The notes below the pieces were generated by a model that saw nothing but the letters and a program-made list of their open reading frames with translations, had not been told where the DNA came from and made no database searches. From Ferruginibacter sp. (lineage in GTDB: Bacteria > Bacteroidota > Bacteroidia > Chitinophagales > Chitinophagaceae), in assembly GCA_035328475.1 (NCBI GenBank), contig DAOLIP010000005.1, positions 9,774 through 73,773 of the forward strand: a stretch of 64,000 bases of DNA, given 5' to 3'. Below, piece by piece: positions 8,347 through 19,377 of the stretch. The position numbers were made by a program, and so were the translations under genes. Positions within the stretch are counted from its first letter, which is position 1, and the number at the start of each line of letters is the position of its first letter.

Positions 8347-10269
8347 TCAATTTATAGTAGTATTTGTTAAAAGCAATACAGTGCCTTCATTGGTGGCGGA
8401 TGTTATGGATAGCTGCATACCAATTTCCCTGGCTCTTGCCTGCATATTCCTCAGGCCATTGCCATTGAATGTATAGGTATTTTGTATTCCTTTGCCATCG
8501 TCGGAAATCTTTACCCGGAACGTTTCATCGCTGCCTATATAAACACTGATATTAGAAGCCTGGCTGTGTTTTAGTGCATTGTGCAGCGCCTCCTGCACGA
8601 TCCTGAAAATATTCAGGGCATTTTGTGAATTTATTCGAACATCGTTGTTTATCTCTTCGTGGATATGGAACTGGATGTTATTATAACTGGGCCGTAGCTT
8701 GTTGATGTAGTTCTTTATCCGGTCGCCAATACCGGTAATGGTAATATTGTCTTTATTGAGAACCCAGATCGTATCCCTTAAGGAATTAATTATTTCCTGC
8801 GAATGCTGTTGCAGGTTCTGAAGGGAAATTTTGTTTTTTTCAAGCCCGTTATCGGTGATCTTTTCCACATCGGCACGTATGGCGGATGCATAGGCGCCGA
8901 TGTTATCGTGCAGGTCGGCAGCGATCCGTTTGCGTTCCTGTTCTTCCGCATCAATAATAGATTGGGCGGCAATCCGTTTTTCTTCCTGTAAAGCCAGTTG
9001 CATTTTGATATTCTGTTTGCGCCGGTAATTTTTGAACGACAGCCAGATAATAACAGCAACCATTGCTGCAAAGAGTGCAGAGCCAAACAGCCAGTAATTT
9101 TTTACCGTAAGGTTTAATTTTTGTTCGGCAATGGTTCTTTCTTTTTTCATCACATCGCTGCCTGCCTGCATATCGGCCAAAAGCCTGGCAGAGTTGATAT
9201 TGTTGAATGAATCCTTTAATGCGATGATATGCTCGAGGGTTTTGCCGTATTCGATCATATTACCCGCTGCTTTATAGTTTTCTGCCAGTGAATGATAGAT
9301 CATGAGAAGCTGGGAAGATAAGCCGCTTTTTTTTGCAAGGGCGATCCCTTCCTTGCACAGCTCAATACCTTTTTCAGTCTGGTTATTATTCGCATAATAA
9401 CTGGCCAGGCTGCTCATGTCAAATACCGTATAAAACGGGTCGTTTAATTTTTTTCGTATCGTTACAACTTCATTGAGAGGTATTTCAGCAAGTTTCGACT
9501 GTTTACTGTCAATAAGTATTTTGGCCTTCATGCTGAGGGCGGTGGCAAGCCATATCAGGTTGTCATTTTCACGGGCATCTTTTATAGCAATATCTATATA
9601 GACTTTTGCCGAGTCTGGCTTTCCCAGGGCATTAAGTGTGGTTGCCATGTTGCTGTACAGTGCACCATAATTTTTATAAAATCTTTGATTCGGGGATGTA
9701 TACAATGCTTTTTGCAGCCATTTTAGCGCTTCTCCATATTGCTCCATTTCCATCTGTACCCAGCCAATACCCGTTTTGGCCTGGATCTGTATCAGGGTAT
9801 CTTTCATTATTTCGGCTGTCTCCAGCACCTTAAATAACTGTGTAAGTGCCTGGGTATACCGGTTAGCCTTGTCAAAAACTTTTGCTTTAAAGAATAAAAG
9901 TTCCAGGTAAAAACTTTGCTGCTGTTTATCATTCTTAATGGCCTGGATCTGCTGGTCGGCAATATACAGGGCGCTGTCAATAAAATTTATGCGCACATAA
10001 TACACGGCTCGTATAAACGCAGCCCTCGCTGCATCCACGTTGTTTTTTGTTTTGGCAGCAATGTTTTCAGCCATTACAACATAAGGCAGCAGCGTATCGG
10101 GGTGATTGCCCTGTTCAGATAATTTGATGATTGCAGCAAGTTTTTCTTTTTCAGTTACGGCCATTTCAATACGCCTGCGCAAACTATCAATAACTTTTGT
10201 CTGAGAAAAAGCGGGAGTGGCTGATGAAACGGAAAGGCAAAGGGATAATATAATGCAGCACTTTTTCAT
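8347..10269 (-). CDS. TPR-containing HisKA_3 sensor histidine kinase
   Basis: Signal peptide, TPRs, TM helix, ERKRIAADLHDNIG, QEALHNALKH, DDGKG, GNGLRNM. Confidence 0.93.
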   Translation of the reverse strand: MKKCCIILSLCLSVSSATPAFSQTKVIDSLRRRIEMAVTEKEKLAAIIKLSEQGNHPDTLLPYVVMAENIAAKTKNNVDAARAAFIRAVYYVRINFIDSALYIADQQIQAIKNDKQQQSFYLELLFFKAKVFDKANRYTQALTQLFKVLETAEIMKDTLIQIQAKTGIGWVQMEMEQYGEALKWLQKALYTSPNQRFYKNYGALYSNMATTLNALGKPDSAKVYIDIAIKDARENDNLIWLATALSMKAKILIDSKQSKLAEIPLNEVVTIRKKLNDPFYTVFDMSSLASYYANNNQTEKGIELCKEGIALAKKSGLSSQLLMIYHSLAENYKAAGNMIEYGKTLEHIIALKDSFNNINSARLLADMQAGSDVMKKERTIAEQKLNLTVKNYWLFGSALFAAMVAVIIWLSFKNYRRKQNIKMQLALQEEKRIAAQSIIDAEEQERKRIAADLHDNIGAYASAIRADVEKITDNGLEKNKISLQNLQQHSQEIINSLRDTIWVLNKDNITITGIGDRIKNYINKLRPSYNNIQFHIHEEINNDVRINSQNALNIFRIVQEALHNALKHSQASNISVYIGSDETFRVKISDDGKGIQNTYTFNGNGLRNMQARAREIGMQLSITSATNEGTVLLLTNTTIN

Positions 10270-10457
10270 TCTTTTTTAAAAGTATTTAATAAATCGTTGC
10301 GGTACAAGCCTTATTTGACCTCTACTACAAATTATGTATTGATACAGAGCTGTTAAGTACCCATTTTTGACCTGCTTGGTTATCTGCCATCAGCTCAACT
10401 CCAATATCCGGCGTATGAAACCTCCTTTTATACAGGTACAATTTCAAAATACAGCGG

Positions 10458-13400
10458 ATGAAAAGTTTACTACTACTGATTACCGGGATCTTCATTTTAC
10501 CAGGCATCGCCTGCCAACTGCAGGCACAGCGTAAGCTACCGGTGCTGATCAACAGAAATACAATCCAGGTACCGGCAAACAAAGGAACGCAGCAAACTTC
10601 CGGTATCCTTACTTCCTGTACGCAGGATACGATACTGATCACCAGCCAGGCCCAGATCGATAATTTCGCCGTTGATTATCCCACCTGTTCAAATCCGAAA
10701 TATTTAATTATTGACGGGGCGGGGGCAAGCCCGGCCATTACTAACCTGAATGGTTTTCTTGCGAGCAGCCTGGGTGAGGTTCAGAAGAAACTTAAGATAG
10801 TAAACACATCGCTCACCAGCATGGGCGGGTTGAATAACCTGTATTTAATAGACACACTGGACCTGCAGCATAATCCATTACTGACCACGCTTGGTCTATT
10901 CAATCTTGATTCCCTTGGGGCCATCAATTTTATTGACCTGCCGGTATTCACCGATATGGATGGTTTGTGCGATGATTTCATAAATATCCGCAATGTAAAT
11001 ATTGATTCTACTGCGCTCACCACGTTAAACGGGTTGAGCAATATCGAGAACATTACAGACGGCCTGTTCATAGCACATACACCGCTTACCAGTTTAAGCG
11101 GTATGGCAAGTCTTACCAGCATGGGCGGCTGGATCAATGTGACGGATGACCCAGCCCTTACCTCCATAGGTCTACATAATCTTACAAGATGCAATGGTTT
11201 TCTTTTTTGGGGCCTGCCCAACCTAACCAGCCTGGAAGATATAAGTCACCATCTTGTTAATACCAGTATCAGCACTTTTTGGATGATCCAGACCGGTATC
11301 ACGGACCTGTCGGGTCTCGACAGCCTTACCTCGGTTCCGAATTTTTATTTATGGAGTAACCCAAACCTGGTATCTGCACATGGCCTTGAAAAAGTACAGG
11401 GAAATGTGGCGGAGGGGATATCCATTCATGATAATCCGTTGCTGACAGATATTACGGCGTTAAGCGGAATCACCGCCGTGAGTAACGGTACACTTGAAAT
11501 CGACAGCAATCCATTACTGACCAGCCTTACGGGGCTGGGTAACATCACAGATATAGGTAAGGGACTTTGGATCGTGAATAACCCGGGGCTTACTACCCTG
11601 GCCGGTCTGGATAGTACGCTTGTTGTTCATAATATAGATGACCAGAAGATGAAGATCAATGATAATTCACAGTTGGCGGTTTGTAATTTTCCCCCTGTTT
11701 GTAATTACATTGCTTCGGGTGAATCAATTGAGATAAACAACAATGCGCCGGGCTGCGCCAGTTTAGCGGAAGTAACCACTGCCTGCAACCTCAACTGCAG
11801 CAGTGGTGATGAGAAAACCTGGAACGGACAAAACAGTAACGATTGGAATGACCCGGATAACTGGACCCCGGCAGGCGTACCGGCTCTATGCACCAAAGTT
11901 ATTATCCCTTCTTATGACGATGTACCCAATACCCCGCTTGCAGCCGGTAATATTTCCATTGGCGGATTGGTAATGGAATCCGGAGCAGTACTGAACATGG
12001 ATGGGTATGAGCTAACCGTAACCAAGACATTTAACTTACATAATTCCACTATTTTTTCCGGCAGCAGTATTACGGCAACAAGGATTTTTGAACCCGTTGT
12101 AAACAGCAGTTACCTCGAAGGCAATTTTACCTGTGAAGATTACGGTGGCCATGCTGAATTCTTTTATAATACTTTTTATGGCAATACGGTTTTAAGTGAC
12201 AGTACCGGCCGCACCGAAAGCAGCAGCACTTCTTTCAACACGTTCCACGGAAATTTAACTTTCATCAACAACAGTGATTATGGTAATAATTATTTAAGCA
12301 ATGCCTCGCCATTGTTCGATTATATAGAGGGCGATCTGCTCATAACCAATAATTCTGCTGCAGATATTTCCGTAGGTCTCGGCGCCGGCCGGCCCCTTAA
12401 AGTACAGGGAAATTTTATTGTGAATGCAAGCAACGGTCTTGTTGATATCAATAACCTCACGTTTGTTGGAGGAACGTTTAATCCCCATACCACGCAACTC
12501 GGGAGCAATCCCATACGGATAAATAATTTATTCATGGAGGCCGGCGCTGAAACGAGGCTGGATCAAAGTATAGAAATAAATAACAGTCTGGTATTTGATA
12601 ACGGCAGCAATAAGATAAACACTACCTCTGCAAACCTGCTGATATTAAACAGCGGGACAACCGTTACCAGGGACCCTGCCAATAACCGCGGATTTGTTAA
12701 TGGCCCGATGAAAAAAAGGGGTAACCAGGCGTTTACATTCCCGGTGGGAAAATATGAGTTCCAGTATGGGGGAGATAATTACGGGCCAATAAGCATTTCT
12801 GCACCGGCAAATGCCACGGATGAATTTACGGCAGAATACTTTCACCATAATCCTGGGGATGACGGTTACGATACATCTTTATATACTCCCGGCTTTGGCG
12901 GTATTTCCGGAAAAGAATACTGGAAGCTCACAAGGGATAATGGAAATGCCGAAGTGGAAGTAACGCTGAGTTACGACAGTGCAAGAAGCGGAATTGCCTA
13001 CCTGTTCAACGATATGCAGGTTGCCGGCTGGAACGGAAGTTTATGGAGGAGCTGGGGAACCGGTGGATTCACAGGCACCATTGCATCTGGAACAGTGATC
13101 TCTGATAACCCGCTTACCGACTATGGGCCATTAACTCTTTCATTCAAACCGGTGCGTATACCGGTCATTACCTTGGGTGAAGTGGATTCGATCCCTTGCG
13201 CAGGTACTTATTTTAGCGTACCATTCAGCCTGGATACTGCTATGATCGCCGGAAATGTTTTTAAGGCAGAAATTTCTGATAGCCTTGGTGTTTTCAGTCC
13301 GGTATCTAATAGTGTTCTGGGAACCAAGGCCGGCATTACTTCCGATACCATCCAGGCTTATATGCCATTCACATTGAATTTTGGAAGTCATTATAAAATA

Positions 13401-16400
13401 AGAGTAACCGGCACATTGCCCAGGGATACCAGTGTGAATTCAAAAACGGTGATACCAGGCAGGGTGCCGCAGCAAACATTTAATATTATCGGAACCACCC
13501 CTGCCTGTATCGGGAATGGATTGCAGAAATACTATCCGAGTCTTCATGAACCCAACACGGTTTACACGTGGACGCTTTCAGGAGGAGGTACATTTACAAC
13601 CAACGGCGATACGGCTATTGTAAACTGGACAACAACCGGCACGTATAATCTCACCTGTAAAAGTTCCAATTATTGCGGAAACGGGCCGCAAAAGATTCTA
13701 TCGGTTGAAGTGAAGCCTGCAGCACCAACGGCAACAGCCACCATTTATAATACCGGAAGGTGGTTATTCTCTTCACAGGTTCCTTCTTTAGCCGGATACC
13801 AATGGTACCGCAATGGCATCATTATTTCCGGGGCGGTCAATTCATCTTATTATGCTTCTTTAGCCGGAATCTATACGGTTAAGTTTGAGAATTACTGTGG
13901 CGCAGGTCCGGCATCAAATACGATTTCGTTTGCCGCCAACTCCATTCCACAAACAATTAATTTCCCGGCCATACCCAATAAAACCTACGGGGATGCGCCG
14001 TTTGTTCCAAACGCCACGGCAACATCGGGTTTACCGGTTTCGCTTACTTTAATAAGCGGCCCGGCAACGATCAATCCGCAAACAAATCTTTTAACCATTA
14101 CAGGAACCGGGTTGGTTACCATCAGGGCAAATCAAATTGGTGACGAAGTGTATGATACTGCAGCACCGGTAACAAGAAGTTTTACCATAAATAAGGCAAC
14201 ACAGGTAATAACGTTTCCTGCAATTCCCGAACAGGATATCAGCAGTTCAACCGTTGCGTTACTGGCATCTTCCACATCGGCTTTACCGGTCACTTATACC
14301 ATTATCGCAGGACCGGCAACCGTTTCAGGAAATATCGTAACGTTTACCGCTTTAGGAACAGTAACCGTAAGGGCTTCGCAAAACGGGGATACGAACTATT
14401 TGCCTGCAACAGCAGTTGACCGAAGCTTCTGTATTCGGGTTGCTGACCTGGCCGGCATTTCAGGCTATACTAATTTATGCCCGGGTACGGCCACGTATAC
14501 TATAAACAATGTACCGGGTGCCACCTACCTGTGGCGAATTGCCGGGGGAGCCACGCTTCCTTCCGGTAGTAACAGCACAAATGTAACATGGACAATCCCC
14601 GGCACCTACTCACTCATTGTTTCGGCAAGCGGCCCCTGCGGAGCTGCAAGTAATAACGACACATTGGTTGTTACCGTGATCAGCAGCATACAACCCGATT
14701 CGGTGCAAAGCATGCTGCCTCCTAATGGCGCCATCAACCAGCAGTTGCCATTAACGCTCTCATGGGTGCCGGCTCATCCCGGCTCCTTTTATACTTTCGA
14801 TCTCTATTTGTGGCGGGCTGATCTGCCGCAGCCAGGCACTCCGTATGCGGCTAATTTAACTGCCATAAACTATACCCTTCCGGTAAACAGCGGGTTAACT
14901 ACAAACCAGCCATACAAATGGATGGTGGTTTCGCACAACGGTTCCTGTACGCAGATCAATACAGGGCCTGTTCAGCAATTTACTTTAATACCATTACCCG
15001 ACCTGGTGGTACAGAATGTGCAGGCACCCGCAACGGCTTTTTCCGGTCAGACCATTTCTATAAACTGGACGGTAAGAAATCCGGGTCCGGGCAAAACCAC
15101 CACCAATCAAAACTGGACGGATGGCGTATTCCTTACTTTTGATACACTTCCGAATTTTTCAATACCACCTCAAACAAACCCGGCTGCATGGGGGCAATTG
15201 GATTTTCCATCAAGACCACTGCTTATTGCTGCCAAGCCTAATGTAAGCGCCCTGGACAGTGGCCAGCAATACAGTAATTCTGTAAACTTTACTTTGCCTT
15301 TAAGTTACAGTTTGCCTTTGTATGCGTATGTAATTACAAATTACCCTTCCGGTAGTAATGCACCACAACAGGTTACTAAAGTGAATGATACGGCAAGGGC
15401 CCCGCAACCGATCGTTGTTAGTCTTTCGCCCACCCCGGATCTGCGGGTAGATACTGTATTTACACCAACCACCACTTTTTCCGGCAGCACTATTAATGTT
15501 ACTTATAAGGTAAAAAACCATGGAGTGCTTACACCGGCGGGAGCTACATGGACAGATAAAGTATATATATCCCAAAGCCCTTTGTTTAATATAAATACAG
15601 CAATTCCTGTAAAACTTCCTAAACCCAATGGAACCTATTATGCCAATGCCGTTGATGCCTTTGCAACCAATACCAGTCAATTACCTGCAGACAGCACATA
15701 CAGCAGGAGTATGCAGGTGGTGGTACCTAATTATATTTTTGGAACCTGGTTTATATATGTTTTCGCCAATACCGGCGATACCCTTTATGAAGGGGCATTG
15801 AACAACAACAATGTAAACCGAAGCCAGGTACAGGTGTTCCTTACACCCACCCCTCATTTAAAAGTGAGTTCACTCACATTACCGGCAACCACAGCAAGCA
15901 CCACCCAGCCCATTGGCGTAAACTGGAATATTACTAATACCGGGTTTAATGATAATATAGAAAAAAACAAGGGGCATTATTTTGTACAAAGCGGAACATG
16001 CGTAGTATCCAATACCGGTTTGCCCGGTATATTAATCACAGATAGCTTAGGATTTGGTTCCAGCTATTGGGCCGACCGGGTCTATTTAAGTACCGACGCA
16101 GGCGGACTGAACATTGCCAATGCTGTTTTGGTAAGCGAAACAATTCAGGGGGTGCCAAACTCAGGATCAAATTCGGGTGAGACTCTTCTCACATATCCCT
16201 GCCAGCCCGGCGGTACAAATCCGGGCCAGCTCAATGTGAATACCTTCAATGTAATTAAGCCGGGATCCAATCATCCCCAAACCGGCAACTTTACTGTTCC
16301 ATCCACCTTACCACAGGGCAGCTATTATGTGTATGTTCTGGCCAATGCTTCCAGGTCTGTGTTTGAATATCCCGGTACGCCCGAAACAAGAAGAAGTACA

Positions 16401-19349
16401 CTGCCCATTACTGTTCAGCGCCCCGATGCAACCGTATCAACTATTACGGTGCCTGCCAATAGTACGGGAGGACAAGCCCTTGCCATTAATTACAGTATTC
16501 TTAATAGCGGCCCCGGTACGGTGTTTAATCATGTGCGAAGGGATAAGATCTATGTAAGTGCGTCTCCGGTATTTAACGGCAGTGCACAATTAATAGATTC
16601 TGCGATTTTTACAGAAGACCTGCCTGTTGGAACTGCTGTATCGCACACCCTTAATTATACATTCCCGGTATCAACATCCGGCACCCGGTATTTTTATGTG
16701 CATACCAATTTTGACAGTGCGTTCAGGGAAAATAATGCAAATAATAATATCAGTATAGCTGCAGCCACCCTTGTTACACCCGCTGCACCATGCGACCTGG
16801 TTGTTTCAAATATTCAGATGGGCGATACGGTGTATGCCGTTTTTCCGTCAGGTATAAAATATACCGTGACTAATAACGGCACTGCCGCCGCTGCCGGCAC
16901 CTGGACGGACAGTATTTATATCAGTTGCAGCCCCACATTTAACCCGGCTACCAGCTATTATATTGCCAAAAGAAGCCATGGCGGAATAGTGTCTGCAGGA
17001 AGCGGCTATACCGATTCGTTCAATGTGAATATGCCGTTCGCCTTTTACATCAACAACTGTTTCCCGCAGATAAACAGCAACACGGCTTATTTCTTCATAA
17101 AAACAAATGCCGGCTATACGGTGTATGAAGGAAGCAATGGAAATAATAACCTGGCAGGAACAGGCGCCAGGGTTTTAATTAATCCATCTGTTGATCATAT
17201 GGTAACATCGGTAACCGGTCCGGATACAGCAACCGTTGCACGGCCATACCCGGCCGGCTGGACGGTAAAGAACATAGGGTATAATCCCGGTCCGGGTTAT
17301 TACAGCGGATGGTATGATGCCATTTACTTTTCTCCTGACTCTGTATTTAATAGTAATGCAGTACTTGCTTCGGGTTATTTTGAAACCACCCCGTTAAATA
17401 CGAACCAGGTTTACAACGAAACCAGGAATGCAATACCCCCTAATATACCCACCGGAGATTATTATGTATTTGCCAGAACAAATTACTATCCTCCTTATGG
17501 AATAGCACATGAAACAATAGTGAGCAATAATGGCAACCTGATACGTAACGGAGGCGGGGCAGCTAAAAAAATTCATGTGATACAACCGCTGCTACCCGAT
17601 CTTACAGACAGCATCATATCCGGCCCATCATTGATCGCTGTTGGCCAGCCAGTAACGATCGTACACAGGGTTACCAATAATGGATCCGGAATTACCTACC
17701 CGGCTAACTGGAGCGATGACCTGTGGCTATCCACCGATTTCTTTCCCGGTAATAACGGAAGCGATATCCTCCTGGCTGGCAGAAACCACGCAGGGGCACT
17801 GCAGCCCGGTCAGTGGTACACCGATACCGTTACAGCAACCATTCCTATGAATGTTGCCCCAGGGAATTATATTTTAATAAGCCGGGTAAATGCAACGAAT
17901 AATCTATTTGAAAGCAGCAATACCAACAACCTCGCATTTAAATACGTAACCGTTTACAGCCCTGCGCCTGCTGACCTGGTTGTTGAAAATATATTGAAAC
18001 CCGATTCGGTCTTCCTGGGCTATACACTTGATACGGCTAAGTGGGTAGTAAAGAATATTTCTCCAAATGCAGCTATCGGGGCTTCTTCAGATGGCATTTA
18101 TTTATCAGCCAGCGGCCAACTGGATTCAACCGCTGTGTTACTGGGTATAAAAAACAAGATCATTAATATGGGGCCTTTTGCCATGGATACCATCAGCATG
18201 TCGCCACTGGTTACCAATGTAACCGAAGGGAATTACCATGTAATTGTGAAAACAGACCTGCTGAATAATATAGTGGAGAGCAATAAGGACAACAATACCG
18301 GGGTAGCAACCACACCGATTTATGTAAAAGTAAAAGAATTGCCGCTTGCTGTTCTTACTCCGAATACACTTCATACCATCAGCCGGTTTTATAAACTGGT
18401 GATACCCGATTCGCTCAGCGGTGCCACAATCCAGGTAATACTTAAATCAGGCGATTCGCTCACCATGAAGAACCAGATGTTTATTGGTAAAGGATATATT
18501 CCATCGCCTGCGCATTTTGATTATACGTACAGTACACCTAATTACGGCAACCAGGAAATTGTGATGGCATCTGTTACAACCGGAGTGTACTACATCACTA
18601 TCCGCTGTGCATCTGCAAACCCGGTGGTACAGAATATTACATTAAAAGCAGTAAAGCTGCCGTTTGCCATACTTAATGTGCATACTTCATCCGGGGGCAA
18701 CTCAGGCAATGTAACGGTTAAGGTCAGCGGATCTTTGTTTGTCAATAGTATGACAGCTGTGCTCAGCAAGCCAGGTACTACCATTAATGCATCGGCAGTT
18801 TATTTCATTAACAGCACAACAGTGTATGCCACATTTAACCTGCAGGGTAAGCCATTGGGTATTTACGATGTAACCTTAACAAAGCCAGATAGCAGCATGG
18901 CAACCCTGGTCAATGGATTTTCTGTGGTAACTCCTAATAACGGCGGACTCATTACGGGCGGCGGTGTAAATACGGGTCCGGGCAATGGAAATGCACCGGG
19001 TTGTGCACCGGGTGCCGCCAGCGGCTTAAACTCACAACTTGTTACAGAAATTGTAGCGCCGGAAAGGGTATTAATAGGCTGGCCATTTGTAATACAGATC
19101 AATTACAGCAATCCAACCAATGTGGATATTCCTGCACAGGCAAGAACCTTATACAGCGATCATAATGTATTAATGGCGCTTACACCGGCGGGGGTTGCCA
19201 CGGGTACCACTTCATTGTATTTAGAGTTGACGGAGCAGGATGGTCCTCCGGGCATCATACGTGCCGGTGGCTCGGGCTCTATACTGGTTTACTCTAAAAT
19301 GCACCTCAGTTTGCCAAGAGGCACCGTTATTCTGTTTAACCTGAAATAA
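10458..19349 (+). CDS. Giant 2963-aa surface/secreted protein: LRR/receptor-L-like N-terminus, Ig/PKD-like and MBG-like repeats, FN3-like domain, eight CARDB-like repeats, TIG-like C-terminal region; no recognisable T9SS CTD
   Basis: Signal peptide ending ACQLQA; LxxLxGLxxLxxI repeats; QTINFPAIP units; eight PDLxV...xxVxNxG units; ends ...RGTVILFNLK with no YPNP motif. Confidence 0.85.
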   Translation: MKSLLLLITGIFILPGIACQLQAQRKLPVLINRNTIQVPANKGTQQTSGILTSCTQDTILITSQAQIDNFAVDYPTCSNPKYLIIDGAGASPAITNLNGFLASSLGEVQKKLKIVNTSLTSMGGLNNLYLIDTLDLQHNPLLTTLGLFNLDSLGAINFIDLPVFTDMDGLCDDFINIRNVNIDSTALTTLNGLSNIENITDGLFIAHTPLTSLSGMASLTSMGGWINVTDDPALTSIGLHNLTRCNGFLFWGLPNLTSLEDISHHLVNTSISTFWMIQTGITDLSGLDSLTSVPNFYLWSNPNLVSAHGLEKVQGNVAEGISIHDNPLLTDITALSGITAVSNGTLEIDSNPLLTSLTGLGNITDIGKGLWIVNNPGLTTLAGLDSTLVVHNIDDQKMKINDNSQLAVCNFPPVCNYIASGESIEINNNAPGCASLAEVTTACNLNCSSGDEKTWNGQNSNDWNDPDNWTPAGVPALCTKVIIPSYDDVPNTPLAAGNISIGGLVMESGAVLNMDGYELTVTKTFNLHNSTIFSGSSITATRIFEPVVNSSYLEGNFTCEDYGGHAEFFYNTFYGNTVLSDSTGRTESSSTSFNTFHGNLTFINNSDYGNNYLSNASPLFDYIEGDLLITNNSAADISVGLGAGRPLKVQGNFIVNASNGLVDINNLTFVGGTFNPHTTQLGSNPIRINNLFMEAGAETRLDQSIEINNSLVFDNGSNKINTTSANLLILNSGTTVTRDPANNRGFVNGPMKKRGNQAFTFPVGKYEFQYGGDNYGPISISAPANATDEFTAEYFHHNPGDDGYDTSLYTPGFGGISGKEYWKLTRDNGNAEVEVTLSYDSARSGIAYLFNDMQVAGWNGSLWRSWGTGGFTGTIASGTVISDNPLTDYGPLTLSFKPVRIPVITLGEVDSIPCAGTYFSVPFSLDTAMIAGNVFKAEISDSLGVFSPVSNSVLGTKAGITSDTIQAYMPFTLNFGSHYKIRVTGTLPRDTSVNSKTVIPGRVPQQTFNIIGTTPACIGNGLQKYYPSLHEPNTVYTWTLSGGGTFTTNGDTAIVNWTTTGTYNLTCKSSNYCGNGPQKILSVEVKPAAPTATATIYNTGRWLFSSQVPSLAGYQWYRNGIIISGAVNSSYYASLAGIYTVKFENYCGAGPASNTISFAANSIPQTINFPAIPNKTYGDAPFVPNATATSGLPVSLTLISGPATINPQTNLLTITGTGLVTIRANQIGDEVYDTAAPVTRSFTINKATQVITFPAIPEQDISSSTVALLASSTSALPVTYTIIAGPATVSGNIVTFTALGTVTVRASQNGDTNYLPATAVDRSFCIRVADLAGISGYTNLCPGTATYTINNVPGATYLWRIAGGATLPSGSNSTNVTWTIPGTYSLIVSASGPCGAASNNDTLVVTVISSIQPDSVQSMLPPNGAINQQLPLTLSWVPAHPGSFYTFDLYLWRADLPQPGTPYAANLTAINYTLPVNSGLTTNQPYKWMVVSHNGSCTQINTGPVQQFTLIPLPDLVVQNVQAPATAFSGQTISINWTVRNPGPGKTTTNQNWTDGVFLTFDTLPNFSIPPQTNPAAWGQLDFPSRPLLIAAKPNVSALDSGQQYSNSVNFTLPLSYSLPLYAYVITNYPSGSNAPQQVTKVNDTARAPQPIVVSLSPTPDLRVDTVFTPTTTFSGSTINVTYKVKNHGVLTPAGATWTDKVYISQSPLFNINTAIPVKLPKPNGTYYANAVDAFATNTSQLPADSTYSRSMQVVVPNYIFGTWFIYVFANTGDTLYEGALNNNNVNRSQVQVFLTPTPHLKVSSLTLPATTASTTQPIGVNWNITNTGFNDNIEKNKGHYFVQSGTCVVSNTGLPGILITDSLGFGSSYWADRVYLSTDAGGLNIANAVLVSETIQGVPNSGSNSGETLLTYPCQPGGTNPGQLNVNTFNVIKPGSNHPQTGNFTVPSTLPQGSYYVYVLANASRSVFEYPGTPETRRSTLPITVQRPDATVSTITVPANSTGGQALAINYSILNSGPGTVFNHVRRDKIYVSASPVFNGSAQLIDSAIFTEDLPVGTAVSHTLNYTFPVSTSGTRYFYVHTNFDSAFRENNANNNISIAAATLVTPAAPCDLVVSNIQMGDTVYAVFPSGIKYTVTNNGTAAAAGTWTDSIYISCSPTFNPATSYYIAKRSHGGIVSAGSGYTDSFNVNMPFAFYINNCFPQINSNTAYFFIKTNAGYTVYEGSNGNNNLAGTGARVLINPSVDHMVTSVTGPDTATVARPYPAGWTVKNIGYNPGPGYYSGWYDAIYFSPDSVFNSNAVLASGYFETTPLNTNQVYNETRNAIPPNIPTGDYYVFARTNYYPPYGIAHETIVSNNGNLIRNGGGAAKKIHVIQPLLPDLTDSIISGPSLIAVGQPVTIVHRVTNNGSGITYPANWSDDLWLSTDFFPGNNGSDILLAGRNHAGALQPGQWYTDTVTATIPMNVAPGNYILISRVNATNNLFESSNTNNLAFKYVTVYSPAPADLVVENILKPDSVFLGYTLDTAKWVVKNISPNAAIGASSDGIYLSASGQLDSTAVLLGIKNKIINMGPFAMDTISMSPLVTNVTEGNYHVIVKTDLLNNIVESNKDNNTGVATTPIYVKVKELPLAVLTPNTLHTISRFYKLVIPDSLSGATIQVILKSGDSLTMKNQMFIGKGYIPSPAHFDYTYSTPNYGNQEIVMASVTTGVYYITIRCASANPVVQNITLKAVKLPFAILNVHTSSGGNSGNVTVKVSGSLFVNSMTAVLSKPGTTINASAVYFINSTTVYATFNLQGKPLGIYDVTLTKPDSSMATLVNGFSVVTPNNGGLITGGGVNTGPGNGNAPGCAPGAASGLNSQLVTEIVAPERVLIGWPFVIQINYSNPTNVDIPAQARTLYSDHNVLMALTPAGVATGTTSLYLELTEQDGPPGIIRAGGSGSILVYSKMHLSLPRGTVILFNLK

Positions 19350-19377
19350 AAATAGTTGACAATAAAAGATATAACAC